Shown here piece by piece: positions 1 through 14,259 of a stretch of DNA of 41,997 nt. Made by a program: the position numbers and the translations under genes. Every line of letters starts with the position of its first letter. Within the stretch, counting starts at the first letter, position 1. Source of the DNA: Bigelowiella natans CCMP2755 (lineage: Eukaryota > Protista > Cercozoa). The notes beneath the pieces were generated by a model. It was not told the origin of the DNA and ran no database searches. It saw only the letters and a program-made list of their open reading frames with translations. The DNA is taken from contig ADNK01003537.1 in the NCBI GenBank assembly GCA_000320545.1, positions 1-41,997 of the forward strand, read 5' to 3'.

Positions 1-19
1 CCTAACCCTGACCCCAACC
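1..19 (+). repeat. Degenerate telomeric repeat units (CCCTAA/TTAGGG type)
   Basis: The window starts cctaa-ccctga-ccccaa-cc, i.e. about 3 CCCTAA-like units. The tract is very short, so support is limited. Confidence 0.55.
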
Positions 20-31
20 GCAAAGTGTTTA

Positions 32-1424
32 GCGTTTTGCGCAAGTGCATGACTCGCTTTGTGCGCTTGAGCCAAGTGCAGCTTGCAAGACTGACACAAA
101 AAGTGAGCCATCTCAAAAACTGGATGATGTTTTTCGACAATTTTTTTGCTCAACCACGTGCAGCTGTCATTGCGCACTGAAATTTTGCTCAATTGAACTT
201 GATCACTTGCACAAATTCTCGGTGTGCGGCACGTTCTGGCGTGGGAACGCACAAATGTCGACAATTTGACACTCCTGGACTCGTTCGACCAGTGATTTCA
301 ACAATTTTCATCACTTTTTGCTGTGCACGCGCAATTCTGAGCATTCGTGCCAACATGAGAGTTGTTTTTGCTTTTTCTTGAAAAAGTGAAAACTCTGATT
401 TCCCAATTTTGCCCAATTTTGAAAGTGCAAAAACTGAGGTGTCTGCTCGAGATTTTGGCGATTTGGGCCCAACCACTTGTGCTGCATGTCAGATGGCTCT
501 TGATCAACAGCTCAGAGGAACAGTTTCCTGCAACTCCCACTAGGCTTGGAGCCAGTTGGAACCAAAGTGCACGAGGTTTTTCTCCTTGCATGGCACGCAG
601 ATGGCTCAATTTTGGGCAATGAAAGTGGAATTTCTCGAAAACTGGAACGAGATTGAACACAAAACTTGCATCACATCGATTCCGTGCACTTGCGCGTTGC
701 TCCTGGCCACGTGTGCGCACACGTCATGGCCCCGCTCTTCACACAGCCCAATGTTGCACGATTTGGGCAAGATGTGATCGATGTGAGCCGTGCCAGCGTG
801 CATGTGATGGCTGCGCGATTGCATGCTCGCATCGTGTGGTCTGCAGAAAACACATGGAGCGATGATTGCATTGCACAGAAGCGCGGAACTCAGTGCACGT
901 GATGCCCACAGCCATGCAAGAGATTGAGTTGTCACCTCGGCTAACGGACATTCGCACACATGCGTCCAAACTAGCAAGTGTGCTGCGCGTTGTGGTCGAC
1001 GGCCACACAAACATTGGATGAAAGCGTCACAAGTGCACTCATTGCACAGCACGATTTGACACGAGTTGTGCAGCGAGGGGCACGTTTCCTTCTTGAAATC
1101 ATGAGCAACTGTTTGCTGTGACATGCTGCCAAGACAGGATTTCATCATCGCATCCATGCACACGTACTTTCATGTTTTGTGCAACACTGGCATTGATCAG
1201 GGTTTCATCTCATCAGACCGTTTTGACATCTCACCATCGGTTCATGGTCACATGATCATGATGAAAACACTTTTTTGACAGTTGCAACGGTGGAATCTGC
1301 TGGTGGTGAACCTGCAGACTTGTTAGATGTGTCGTTCGTCAAGTGTTGCACTTGCGAATCCTTTTTTTCAGACAGCCCTTTCTGAAGGCTTTGGCCCAAC
1401 CGTGCAAGCGATTCCTCCAGATTG
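32..1424. other. TpA-depleted subtelomeric island, probably a degenerate repeat; overlapping ORFs are spurious
   Basis: By hand count there are 5 TA dinucleotides in ~1.39 kb. ORFs in many frames lack Tyr and are rich in His/Cys/Met. Confidence 0.75.
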
Positions 1425-3904
1425 CGTATCTAACGAGAGGGCAGGAATGAGTGGAAGCAACCAATGAGATGATGAATGACAAGAAATGCACCAACTGATT
1501 ACGAAAATGATGTCACTACCTCAGCGTGCATTGTGTCTATCTCTGCTCTGACCTTTGACACGTATTCGGTCGATATGCTCCTACGATTGCAAATTAAGAC
1601 AAGGACATTCAAAAGATTTCGACGAGATAGAGGAGCCTTTGATTGATAGTTCATGGGTAAATAGAAAGATTAATCGTCCTGCTAAAACGCCTTTGAATGA
1701 ATATCATCGGTTTTGTCATTGCCAATCAATGCTTGCACGAAAACAGCTGTACTGATTGGAACATGAAATCATTGTGTATTTTGTGAAGCATCTTCAGTAT
1801 TTGACAGACAGTTACGCACTTGATTTTAGCCTCTTCGTTGTTGTTCTTGTCATTGTTGTTCTCCGTCTGGTTCATGCGAATTCCTCGATGGAACACTGCA
1901 ATGTTTGTTCCTTGGAAAATAAAAAAAAGGGAGGAGAAAAAAAGATAAAAATAATAATTATGACTGACAAGCACCATAAAAGGTAGGTTGAAAAGAGAGC
2001 AATCAAAAGAGAGCAATGACTATAACTTCTACCATAGCCTACTGATAATACCCACCATTCTGACTCGCTGGGAGTTTCATTTGCTGCTGCTGAGTCTTCA
2101 GGGGAGGGATACGACCAACATTCTGTTGTTGCTGTTTTTGCTCCTCTGGAGCTGCTTCCATCTTGCTTGGGAGTATTGAGGGAAAACCTGATGGGGGGGA
2201 AGGTGAAGAAAGGGAAATGATGGTCATCATTGAACAACAAACAAAAAACAATTACGATATTTCATGTGTGTTCGATATGATTACCAAAAGGTTCTAGAAT
2301 GTGTGATATAATGTTTCGCATAGTAAGAATCATCGTTCTCTCTACTCTTTCTGCCGCTACTGTTGCTACATCCAGAGTTGGCTCACCAGTACTATCATCA
2401 TCGTCCTTTAAAGCGCTTTCGCTCTTTCCACCGAAAAGGGCTCCGAGGGCATTGCTGCAGCGGAACACACAGCATACATCAAGCAAATACGATCGTGACG
2501 CATCGAGAAATAAGGTACATATCATAGTTGTACAGTTTTGATCAAGTTGAGCAGACACAAGGTCTCCTCCTGCGTTCGAAGCACACGCCGTGTTTGTCAA
2601 AATTGTGTATATGAAAGAGAAAGGGTGGGAGTTCTTCATCTCGAGACTTAGTTTTCGATATTGTGTCTACCCGAGATCATGGTCGCTCGAGCCCTTCTTC
2701 ATGGGCTGTGGAGGGATTTTGCCATCAATCTTTACCTTGAACTCTTTGCTTGGCGACTTCAATGAGGGAAAATATAATTAGAATGCGACATATTATATAT
2801 TTATACATGAGCATACTCATGCACATTTTATATAAAAATACTAATTGCAGAATATGTGTTTGTGTGTGTGTTAAATCTTTAATAAATCAATTGTTTAGCA
2901 AGGCGTTATATATTAAAGTCGCAGCAGCACACCTTTCCATCCTTGAGTACGTGATACGTGTAGGTCTCCCCTACATCAAGATCCATCAAATGCATCTGAA
3001 GAATAATAATTCGGAGTAGAGGGGGGGAAATTCAAATTAAATGAGTAAATATGAACTACTAGCGAGGATGGCAAAGAGAGACGACGACTGTGGAAGTTGG
3101 AAAGCAGCCTGTCATCATCTGCTGTCTTTCACATTATAATTTCAAACATGTGTCATCACACACACAAACACGCACACACACGCAAGTGCGCGCGATTTTG
3201 ATTCTTCATATATCTATAAATAAAAATATTTATTAAATAATACTAACAGTCATGGTAGAAGAACGCATTTTACTTCCTTATTGGCACATTATCACATACT
3301 ATGGCAGATCCACAATGCTACTACCCCCCCCCCCACACTACTCAAAAGCAGCCACCACCTTGTAAAGCGAGGGACTAGAGATCTCAATGTCCTTTGCGTC
3401 CTTTGTGATCTTAACAAGGATATCGTTTTCTCGGATTCCCTGCAGCAGCACGTATGATGATGACGATGTTTATTTTTTATTTCCATGTTAATAATGTCAT
3501 ACAACAGAAGCAGCATGTGACAAGCTCGATTAGTCTATTTGGAATCCTGCGACTGTACCGAGATGTATGCAGCTGAATTTGGGATGACCTTAGCTACCCG
3601 AACCCTAATAATAAGATGAAAGGATGACCGAGAAATGTTATCATACATGCGTGTAAAACGCCCCCGCCCTTATCCATTGCACATTCGCCAATTTAAGTGT
3701 TGTTTTGTCAAATGTGTTGTTAAAAAAATGTAGTAGGCTAAAAGTAGCACCCGCCGCCGTTCATGTTGGTCCTTTCAACATCAATGCCGTCTACTGGCCA
3801 GAGCATTGGCTTTCCCTCAGTCGCAGCCTTTTTTGCACCAGTGAACGAAGGAAAAAAGTTAATATTTAAGTAACATGATCTCAGCAACCGCATGTACAAC
3901 AGGT

Positions 3905-3905
<1 letters not shown>

Positions 3906-3950
<45 letters not shown>
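3906..3950. repeat. (CT)n microsatellite
   Basis: Direct reading of the sequence. Confidence 0.95.
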
Positions 3951-3952
<2 letters not shown>

Positions 3953-3989
3953 TATAATTATCTTTTGCGCTGCTACTACCTTGATGATG

Positions 3990-5750
3990 GGATGCAGGAG
4001 GTTTGATGGCACAGCGAACGCCACTCCGACGTTTCCTAATGAGCAAAAAATGTTATGAAGAGGGTGGGAAAATAGGATGATGAAGAAGAAGAGGAAGAAG
4101 TAAAAATCACACATATAAATATTAGTAGCAGTTTTAGCAGTTTTGAATTCCAGCGCCGCGCTCATTTTTTGGCATTGAAATCTATTAGAATTTTCTTTTG
4201 TGTTTATGATTCTGTCGTATTATGTGTAGTTTGATACATGTTTTGAAACAATTTAATATATGGTGTTAATGTTCTCCTCCCCTTTCTCCTCCTTTTTAGA
4301 GTAAAAGTAGTAGTAATGGTACTACCTCCTCCTTTGCCAGGTGACACGATAGCCGTGTTGATACCGATTAGTTCCCCGGCGCTGTTGACCAGAGCACCGC
4401 CTATTTGGAAAGTATCATTAGGGATATGATGGAGGAGGAGGAGGGATACTCCTATGACGACGACTAATAGTGGCAATAGATGTCGATCCACCATTCTATG
4501 TTTCTTTATTTTTCCCTTTTATAATCGGCAAGATAAGCAGAATAAAAGTACAACATCATTATCTTGAACAACTAACCGCTCGAGCCGACATTTACAGCAG
4601 CATCTGTTTGCACGTAAGGTTGTCTGAGGCTCTGTTCCATGTCCTCAGTGCTGCTCTTCATAGATGATGCTGAAGCGCCCTCACCATCAGAGGAGGAGGC
4701 ACCACCAGAAAGTGTCTCGCTGTCGTTCATAGTGCGGCCAATGTTGGAAATAAGCCCAGCTAATTAGAAAGAAAGTATACGATCGATATGAAATGTTAGG
4801 ATGTACAACAAAAGATAATCACTGAGGGTACTTGTTCTTTGTATTGCAGGCAGTAGTTGTTTATACCATTACTAATGTCTCGCAAATTGGATTGCTTTGA
4901 CCATTTTTCATTACTTGTGTGCTATTATTCGATGCGATTATTATTTTAGGGTAGTATTTTAGGGTAGTATTATGTACTGAGAAAGATAATCTCACAACCA
5001 CCTGTGACAGTATTATGTAGGCCGAGATTGTTACCAAGAGCAAGCACCACATCCCCAATCTATGCGACGAATGCACACGCAACACGGTATCAACACATAT
5101 TATAGTAAAAGAAAGTTGCTCAGTCATGATATTCAAATTTCTAAAAAGATAGGTTGATGATGCGATCAGAAAATTACCTCAGACTTTGTTGCGTCTCCGA
5201 TCTTGATAGGAGTGAATTCTGGCAACGAAGAGCCATCGATTCCTTCCTGAGTCATTGTAAAGATGTTCAACAAAGTCATTCTTTGTCGTATGGCAGAGTG
5301 ATGATGTGTGAAGCGAGTATCATCACATCGTAACTAAGGAGGAGCTTAGCACCTTCATTTTGAGAATAGCAAGGTCAGTTATATGATCCTTCAGTATCAC
5401 CTGAAAGATTGAACAAAAATTTGTCAGATTGGCTATTTTAAGAATCCTTTGAAATATTTTATTATTGTGGTAAAAGTGGTACGTCTGCTTTGAAGATCTT
5501 CTCCCCGCATGTCTTGACTATGTAACTAACGAATTATTGTGGACGTGCCGCAATTATTTCATTTGTGGCCTTGAAGAAATTTCTTGTTTTTCAAGGGAGG
5601 TATGGATAGGACAAAAATAACGACGAATGTTAAATTGGATATAATTCTCTCTTTTTGCCTCTTCCTCACGTTGCGTTTGCCTCGTCAATGACATGATGGT
5701 TGGTGATAACAAGTCCTCCAGGCGTAATTATAGCACCAGAACCCATAGAT
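3990..5750 (-). CDS. HtrA/DegP-family trypsin-like serine protease, multi-exon host gene (probably extends ~2300-6160; coordinates cover the recognisable protease exons)
   Basis: Minus-strand exon translations: MGSGAIITPGGLVITNHHVI (~5746-5690, catalytic His), TDLAILK (~5380-5360, Asp), YVQTDAAVNVGSSG spliced GT-AG to GALVNSAGELIGINTAIVSPGK (~4615-4335, Ser region), and GNVGVAFAVPSN (~4035-4000). Confidence 0.8.
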
Positions 5751-6364
5751 TTTCTTGGGCTGTTTTGCCTGTAGATGTCATAATTTAAAATAAATAGGGA
5801 TGAGGGCTGAGCTTTACGTATCTAGCCAGCATAAAGTTTGCCATAAATCTTGGATTGCCATACTTGTAGAGGATGCCTACGCCATCAATCTCGATGACAG
5901 AGGAAGTATTTGATGATGCCTCGATAGATACCACAGAACATAGGACCTTCTTGACGATGGGAGAGTAACTGATAAAGAATATTTGGCCCCATATCAGAAT
6001 GGACAACAAAACTGTCCTTCAACTTGCAGCTGCCTACCTGGTTGTAGGTAACGTTGTCATGTTGACGCGCATCGATGCGGAATCGTAGGTACGCGATCGA
6101 AGCATATCTGAATCAACGACCGCAGCTGAGCTCCCAAAATTTAGGGCAACAGCCATGGCGAGCAGGGGGAGTGATGTCATCGAGAGGAGGGGGTTGAGAC
6201 ACGAGGGTGCCAGAGATAATTCAAAAATTGAAAAATTGAAACCAGTTTAGCCGAAAAGATGTTTACAATTAATACCTGTTTTTGACGATGTGAGCCTATA
6301 CGACTGTCGCATCCATCAAATCCCCTGAAATGACAAAAAATGCTGGAAATCTGCAACTCTTTTT

Positions 6365-8160
6365 CTCTTGTTCCAGCCCGTGCGTGCTCCACTCGCTTTC
6401 CCCAATTGGCTTCCCCTTCCCTGTGCGTTCACTGAGTCCTGCTCATTGGTCAAGTGGTTTCTGTTGACGTTTGGTTTTGGGCTGCTCTCTCACCTTCGTG
6501 TGTTCATTTCCCACTTGTTCCCATTCTCTAGTTGGCGGTTGATTGGCTCGTTTCCCTGCTTTCAGCCAGTTTTTCAAGACCTCGCACCTTCGCCTGCCCA
6601 GACTTGAGTGCCGGCTAGTTTGCCAGTTAGTCCTCACTAAAGCTAGTTGGAGGTGCTGCATTTCGTGCATTGCAAGTGTCTTGCAACACTTTGGAAATGC
6701 AATTTTTCATCGTTGTTCATTGTTCATTGCTTGCCGGTTCGTCCGCCAAATCGCCCGTGATTTTGCGCTGACCGTGTGGCAAATCCCATGCAGCCTTTTG
6801 TTCTTCTTGAGCGCACCAATGCTTGCACTCCTCAGTGAATGCGCGTCGCCTGCTTGTGGCTCTAGGGCTGTTTGTCAGCTGTTTGTCAGGTTGCCATGGT
6901 TGTTGATCGAACCTTCCACGTGGTGCCTGGGTTTTGCCGTTTGAACCACAGCACGATGCGGATTCGTTTTGTGGCTCATCTTTCTTGTGCAAGCACTTCT
7001 TTTTCTTTTTTTTTTCTTCTGCCTTCTTCTTTTTCTTCTGCCTTCTTCTTTTTCTTCTGCATTCTTCTGTTTCACATTTCCTCCTCCCCCTCCTCTTCTT
7101 CTTCTGCTTCTTCTTCCTCCTTGGCTTTGCCTTGCCTGGGTTCGAATGCCGTTGGCAAGCACGGTGCGTGATCAGCGTGGTCAGTGATGCGTCCACTTCA
7201 GTTCCACTGAGCAAACACTCACTTCTTCTTCTTCGAGCAAGTGCACGCACAGTGCGTCGCTGCTGCCGCGCACGTGCCGCACCCCACACTTCATTTTTCC
7301 CCACTGTCGGCGGTGGCAAAGATTGCGAAAATGTGCAACATGAAAATTTGCCCACTGACGACCTGCTGCTGAACCAAATTGCTAGAAAGACATGGCAAAA
7401 TCACCTAGTCACAGGCACATCACACACGTCTTTTGTGAAAATGATGACCTTTGTCAATAACGACGCAGCAAAATTAAGATTATCAAAAATCCACAGCAGA
7501 GCGAGCATCGCTGAAAACACTGCAAATGCATGTCATTCTAGCAATGCAGTGTTCAGCAGTAGGTCGTCAGCAGTCAGTAGGCAAAATTTCATGTTGCGCT
7601 TTTTCGCAATTTTTGCTACTGCTGCCGATGGCAGGGAAATGAAACATGGGGTGTGGCACATGCACAGGAGCGTGCTGATGCGCCGCGCCCATGTGGCTGC
7701 CAAGCATTCAATGCAACAAAGGACACATCTAGATGTGTAGTCGAAGCAGTGTGCGCATGCAAGGTTCTGCCATGCATCACACAGAGAGCTTCACATTTGC
7801 CATGCTGAACGCGGGCTTGTGTGCTCTCAGTGTTTGTCAATCGTTGCGAAATCTGCTGTCGCCACGTTCTTTGAATTGGGACGTCAATGAGAAATCACCT
7901 TGTGTGCATGTTCGCAGTGCACAATGCACATCGCATCGCAAGGATAGCGCGCACCTCTTCTCTGCTGACCTGTCGGATCGGATGCACATGTGGTAGAAAT
8001 GATTCAACAAGCGAATGTCTGCCCACACTTCACGCAAATTGTTGAACATGTTGATCAGTGCGTGACGAAACGGTCCAAATAGAACGCTGCTGTGAAGGCT
8101 CATTTTTTCTTCTTCTTCTTTTTCTTTTTCCCCCCTGCTGCTTTGCTAGCGGCGATCGCT
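6365..8160. other. Second TpA-depleted island (degenerate repeat/TE-like) containing a CT-rich low-complexity tract
   Basis: About 20 TA in ~1.8 kb by hand count, about 18 of them in CTA or TAG context. Long Tyr-free ORFs on both strands. Confidence 0.7.
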
Positions 8161-8239
8161 GCCACGATCGGCGGCACGTCTACTTTCAACTCCAGACCTT
8201 TTTCAATTGCGACGAATGAGAAATCAGCCATAATTCTAG

Positions 8240-9026
8240 AGATTTTTGTTAGTTGATACCTGGACGTCGTCTCAGGGGAGCGGGAGGTTCCGGTTTCTCA
8301 ATAAGTGGCTTCGCCGGAGCAGGAGGGTTGAAGTCAGGATTAGTTTTCGCTTTTTGCTCGTTGGCGAGATTCTTCTTAACCCGGAAGTGGTTCTCCGACG
8401 TGATGTAACTGATGGTGATAGTACAACATGTGAGCTACGAATCCATTCAGTGGATAATTTGCTGCTGTCTAATTTTAGTGTTCACAGTACATGCTCCATC
8501 ACCTATAATATTCTGGGGAAATCTTGGACAGGATTTTGTCTATCATAGCACCAGGGCCACTGTTGAGCAAATATATCATGTTAATAAGCCATTTAAAATA
8601 ACTAGTCCTATCATCACCATAGATTACAATCTTTGTGAGGATGTAAATATATCATCGGTGGACTTACGAATCTCCTTTTTTGCCCTTTTTCCCCTTCTTC
8701 TTTGCCTTCTTAGGTTTCTTGGGCTTCTTTTTTTTCCTACACACCATCAATAGAAATGTAGTAAGATAGGAGATTGTACTCCTAGTATCTCCTATCCCCC
8801 ATATCATATTTCAATTACTATACTATTACCCTTTAGCGTCGTCTTCGCCTTCTTTTTTGCCACCTCCCATAATGAGACCCACATCAAAAGTTTTCGCTTC
8901 CATTTCCTTAAGAATCTTAAAAACAGAGAGAAACATAATCATGTGAATGTGTATGTGAGGAGTATTTTATTCAAATGGCACAATTAGTCGTAGCGTTGTC
9001 GTCGTTAATTCTACACCCCGTACTCA

Positions 9027-9074
<48 letters not shown>

Positions 9075-9931
9075 TCTCTCTCTTCTCTAACATTTCGTAC
9101 CACATGGGATTGATTCATCCCATTACCTCTTCTGTCATTTTCCCTTCCTTTAACAAAACTTCAGTGCCCACGTCCTTCCGTCTGGGGGTCAAACGCGCCA
9201 AATTCTCCTCAATCTGGTCTATACGCGGGTGATTCTTATGGACCTAACACAGAAGCAACATTGAGACATGACTGTTCGCCTACCCTTTTGGCAAGGAAGA
9301 AACAGTTCCATGACACGTACATGCATGTCTATACCCATATGAATCGATGCAAACGCAACAACCTTATCGAGCATCACACTTTTGGACGCTTTGAAGTATA
9401 TCCAGGCATTGTTGTATTCGTTGAGGGAGAAGTAGCATGATCCAATGTTATTTAGTGTGGTTGCCATATCCACATACCTCATTATCATAAAAAAAAGAGT
9501 AAGTCGAAGAAGATTCAAATGAAGAAACTTGATGAGCGATACGACGATGGTTCCAACTTTTGTAAATGAAGCAAAAGAAAATTTCGGAAAATAATCTAAC
9601 AAATTTAGATCAGCATACATAAAACAAATCTTCTAATACGTACTCTTGCTCTGAATCAGAGAGGCAATGATACCTAACAATAGACAGTACACGTTACTCT
9701 CATCACACTTTTGTGATTATAGCATTGTATCATCATTGCATCCAAGTACATGTACAAACTCATAGACAAGCACAAGTTATTGTTAATTTACATATTTTAA
9801 ACAAATAGTAATATTTGCGGTAGAAAGAACATTGTAACAACGACCGTATGATTCTAGCAGCATTGAAGCATTTCAGGGCCAAACTATATTTGTTCAGGTG
9901 GAATAACGAAGTGCCTGACGCACACACACAA

Positions 9932-9992
<61 letters not shown>

Positions 9993-11124
9993 TATTTGCG
10001 TATACTGTTCATCTTTCATGGTAACATATACCGAATATCGGTAAGCACAAAATTCATTAATAGACCCTCATGCTTCTATTTTTTGACTACATGAACCACC
10101 TAGTACCTATGTTGGAGAAGAGGATGGCTGATAACGGCTGTTTGTGTTGATCCAATGACAATGTCAATCACATTAATTACATATATGGGAAAAGAGTGGT
10201 GCACAAGCTCCTACTTACAATAGGCTACGCTATTCTTATTAAATATGTAAAGTAATTGGTGCATAATTTTGTAATTATTACGTGGGGGGCAAATGAAGTT
10301 TTGAATTCTTCATCAACAGCCCTCTTTCGCATATTGGCGGCATCTTCCACCTCCTGCATGCCCTGTAATCAATAATGATCAAGTCAAGACAACATTATAC
10401 GTCAGGCTCTCTCGCTGCCTAAAGTACACGATTAATACACCGACTACCCGAAATGCCTTGATGAAATCCTCCTCACTCTTAAATTCTACAGATTGGTCAA
10501 AGTCAAATTAATTCCCGTGTGTGTGCACCATATTGTATGTATGCAAAGCGCTTGAGTAATGTGTTACAGCAAGTAGTTACATAGTGCAATTCTAGTACTA
10601 GGGAGAACTACAGAGTATTACCTGAAGGCCTCTGCATTGATGCTGCGAAGCTGTCAGTCATGGTTGGCCAAGTACGGTCTATTTATGAAAAATAACAGAT
10701 ACAAAAAAGCATCGATGACAAACAAATAAAGGGGAGGAGAATGTATTTATTTAAGACGGGGAGATGTGGAGAAAAATTACAGCAACGGCTTATTAATTGA
10801 TCTATTTGTTATATTTTGACTGTATTCGCTAATACTATCATTGACATGTTGATGCTACCTTCTTTTTCTTTCTTCGTCTCTTCCACGGCCGCAGATCCCT
10901 CTATAATAGTAGGTGCGAAGCAAAAAACATGGAAATTATCAGCAACTCATAGACCATGTGCGCATCACCATGGTTTTTTATAAATGTCAAATAACAGCAT
11001 CCATTCAATCTTGGTTCTTGTACAAAAAAAGGTAAATACCCGCAGTTTCTTTGATTCCATAGGTCTGGGTGTCAATGTTAGCTGCGATATTAAGTAGACA
11101 ATCAACAGCGACGACAATGTTATC

Positions 11125-11159
<35 letters not shown>

Positions 11160-12223
11160 GCGCGTGCGCACACACGCAGACACACACACGCACGCACGCA
11201 CGCACATGCTCGAACACACAAACACTCTGACATGCAAGGAAGGAAAGAGAATTATATGGAGATAAAGGGTGCAGCAAAATTTATGAGAAAACATTATGAT
11301 AACATGGATTACAATGAATTATTACCTAGTTCTAAATACTCTGCCCAACAATCCTTGGCCCTCCAGAAACAAAAGAAAGCTACCCGATCCTGATGCATAC
11401 ATCTATAAATATGTACGCACTAATAGACTGACTGATTGACTGACTGGCTGATATATAAACATATTTTAAATACCTTTCCCATTGAAGTAAAGATGCTTCC
11501 TAGGGAACTCCAAAAGTAGACTACGAAAGCTGCCCTACGGGAGGAGTTCGGGTGGTATGGGTGAATGGGTTATTCCCTCATTGATGTTGTGTCCACATAA
11601 CATATGCGCAAATATGCGCATACATAGTTTTGATGAATGCATGTCGTAAGCGTATATCTTGTCTGAATAAGAAGAAATATTCATCCATCTATACCTTTCC
11701 CCGACGCATGAGAAAGATATAGTCGCTTGAATTCATATTTGTTATTTGTGAATTTATTATTGTAATATATTCTAGTCATTATTACTCTGCCACAAGATGT
11801 TTATTCTCCAAGCCTTCCAGAGTGTCGCACTCGAAGAAGTAGTTAGGACCCTCTGCTTCTGCATCATCCTCTTCCTCTAATTCATCACAACCCACAGCCA
11901 TCTCTTCACCAACTATTTCTTTCTGAACACCCTAAGGAATATGAAAGCAGAGACCAAATGAGTATCACCGCACTCAAAACCTTGGGTGGTAGCGATATAG
12001 GCACATCATATCTCGTAGCAATCATTTGTCGTCGTCATCATAATAATCATTTCCTAATCCTATATGTTGTTTAAAGAGACCTTAACATTTTCATCTTCTT
12101 CTCCGACGACTACCACTTTTTCTTCCTCTTCTCCCTTTAAATTCATTACACACAATTACATCTTGGAGATACAATCAAAGGCAACCGTTGCCGTTAAGTA
12201 AGTTTATACGTGCACATATGTTG

Positions 12224-12260
<37 letters not shown>

Positions 12261-12713
12261 CATACACACACAGGTTACTATAGATCACTTTCTCCTCCTC
12301 TTCCCCAGGAGTAGGCACATTTCTCTCAGCCTCTGCAGCAGCTTCGGCCTCTTTCCTCTCTTTGGCTTCGGTTTCCCAGTGGATACGCGCCCGGCACAGC
12401 ATATCTATGGCATCGAGGCACTTTCCCCTGCTCTGAAGCCGCATCGCCTTCACTAACAAGCGTGACAAGTCTGTGGAAGCTTTCAACTCGCCGAAGCTTT
12501 GGGGAGGTATGGTTACCTAGACGGGAAAATAAAACTGTTCTAGGGATAACGATTTATGCACAAGCTTTTACATAATGGACCGGAAGAGCGAATGAAGCAA
12601 GACACAAAGAAGAGAAGATCTTAATTACTCTCCCGCATAACCCATACCTCTCTAATAAGTGTGGCACTTCCAGGAGTTGTTTCAAATGAATTAGGCTGTG
12701 TTGCCTGACAAGC

Positions 12714-12785
<72 letters not shown>

Positions 12786-13700
12786 GCATTTATGCACGGG
12801 AGAAGCTATCAATTTGAAAAGATGTATACGCTGTATTGTTTCTAGATGCTATTAAGTGTCGAATGCTTTGCCACTTTATCATCTGGAGTGGAATCAACGG
12901 CAGCTGGAAATTCCAAACGATTGAGACAATCAAGCATAGAGTTGAAGTCGTTCTCGATCCTGAATGTGGTTCGAAGGAACATTATGCATGCAAATAGTTA
13001 ATTTGTCTCCAGGATTTTTTCAACAAAAGATAGATACTTACTGTTCCTGTTCCTCGATGTCATCATCTTCATTGCCACCTTCCATAGCGTTATCTGTCGT
13101 AATTTTTAATTCTCATACGTCATAGAAACCTCCCTAGTATCGCTCAATCAAAACCACACTGAGTTTCTCTGGCCAGATAATGTGATTACAATGGGGTGTG
13201 GTACCAAAATAAGTTTTTCAGTTGTCAAGAGAATGTTATTTTAAATCGGCCAACAAGAAACGAGGCAGGGGGAAGTTACTCATCATCGTGGTATTGGTAA
13301 CGGCAACAAGTTTCCAATTTTGCTCATCAATAGAAATCTAGCCACACTGAGTGAATATCATTGTCGTAGATTTGGAATTTCATGCTTTCTTGCAATATTC
13401 TCATCTTTGCTGCCTTTATCATTTGATATGGATATTTCCTGTATGTAATTTAGCCGTCTTCTGGAAGATAGCTGTCGATTTAAAGTAGATGGTATTCAAA
13501 AGGACGACACGATTTACATGTTGTCGCGCATGTAGAAACTGTTACGTAGTAACTACTTGAGAAAACAGCGAATCATCCAAACTCCTGCTTGCTCCTCCTG
13601 ATCATCTATCCTCTCCTTAGATCTAGATCTAGTTTTTGAGTTTTTACACGAAAGAAGACTGGGCCAAAGACAACTTAATTTCCATCTACATCTACACAAG
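8240..13700 (-). CDS. TPR-repeat-containing protein, multi-exon host gene (boundaries approximate)
   Basis: Exon fragments YVDMATTLNNIGSCYFSLNEYNNAWIYFKASK, GTSLFHLNKYSLALKCFNAARIIR and LLVKAMRLQSRGKCLDAIDMLCRARIHWE are TPR-like. Many GT..AG introns contain microsatellites. Confidence 0.6.
9031..9082. repeat. (TC)n microsatellite
   Basis: Direct reading of the sequence. Confidence 0.95.
9921..9992. repeat. Compound (CA)n(GA)n microsatellite
   Basis: Direct reading of the sequence. Confidence 0.9.
12718..12777. repeat. Compound (TA)n(TG)n microsatellite
   Basis: Direct reading of the sequence. Confidence 0.9.
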
Positions 13701-14259
13701 GAGGAAAAATGTCAACAATAGCAGAGGAGGAGCCTGACCGTGAGTGATGCAAAAAAAAAAAAGAAGCTCAACCACAATCGATTAGCGAACTGATATAACA
13801 ATGTGGATGCAAAATTTGATATAATCAAATTAATTCACATAGACAGAGATACATTACGAAGATTTTTTTCTTTCTTTTTTGAAGAACCTACTTAAGGGAG
13901 AGAGACATTGATTAGTTCTGGGCAGTATGAAACATTTTGTTTGGGTTTGAGAATTCATTCTTGTTCAATTGTTAACAGTGAAGGATATATTGCTGGACGA
14001 GCAAATTCGAAGATCACGGATGAGCACCTTCGATATCATACTTATTGTTGTGACGACTGTAATTGTGAGTAACTTTTCCCCGTTAGTTCTTTCATTAACT
14101 ATTGTACTAACTAAAGCATATCATGGTGTTGAGGCTTCGCATTTATATTTGTATTTGTTGATATGTGCTACTCCTCATCCTTCGCATGTTAGTTTCCATT
14201 TATTGATATCATACTTATCATTCTACATAGATGTATGGGCGCATTATGTGTGATCTATA

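Noticed and set aside
45-1163. Many overlapping ORFs in all frames
   Set aside because: Artefact of TpA depletion, which removes TAA/TAG stops; Tyr-free with no recognisable domains.
6443-7996. Long ORFs of 212 and 268 aa
   Set aside because: Same TpA artefact plus a CT/AG low-complexity tract.
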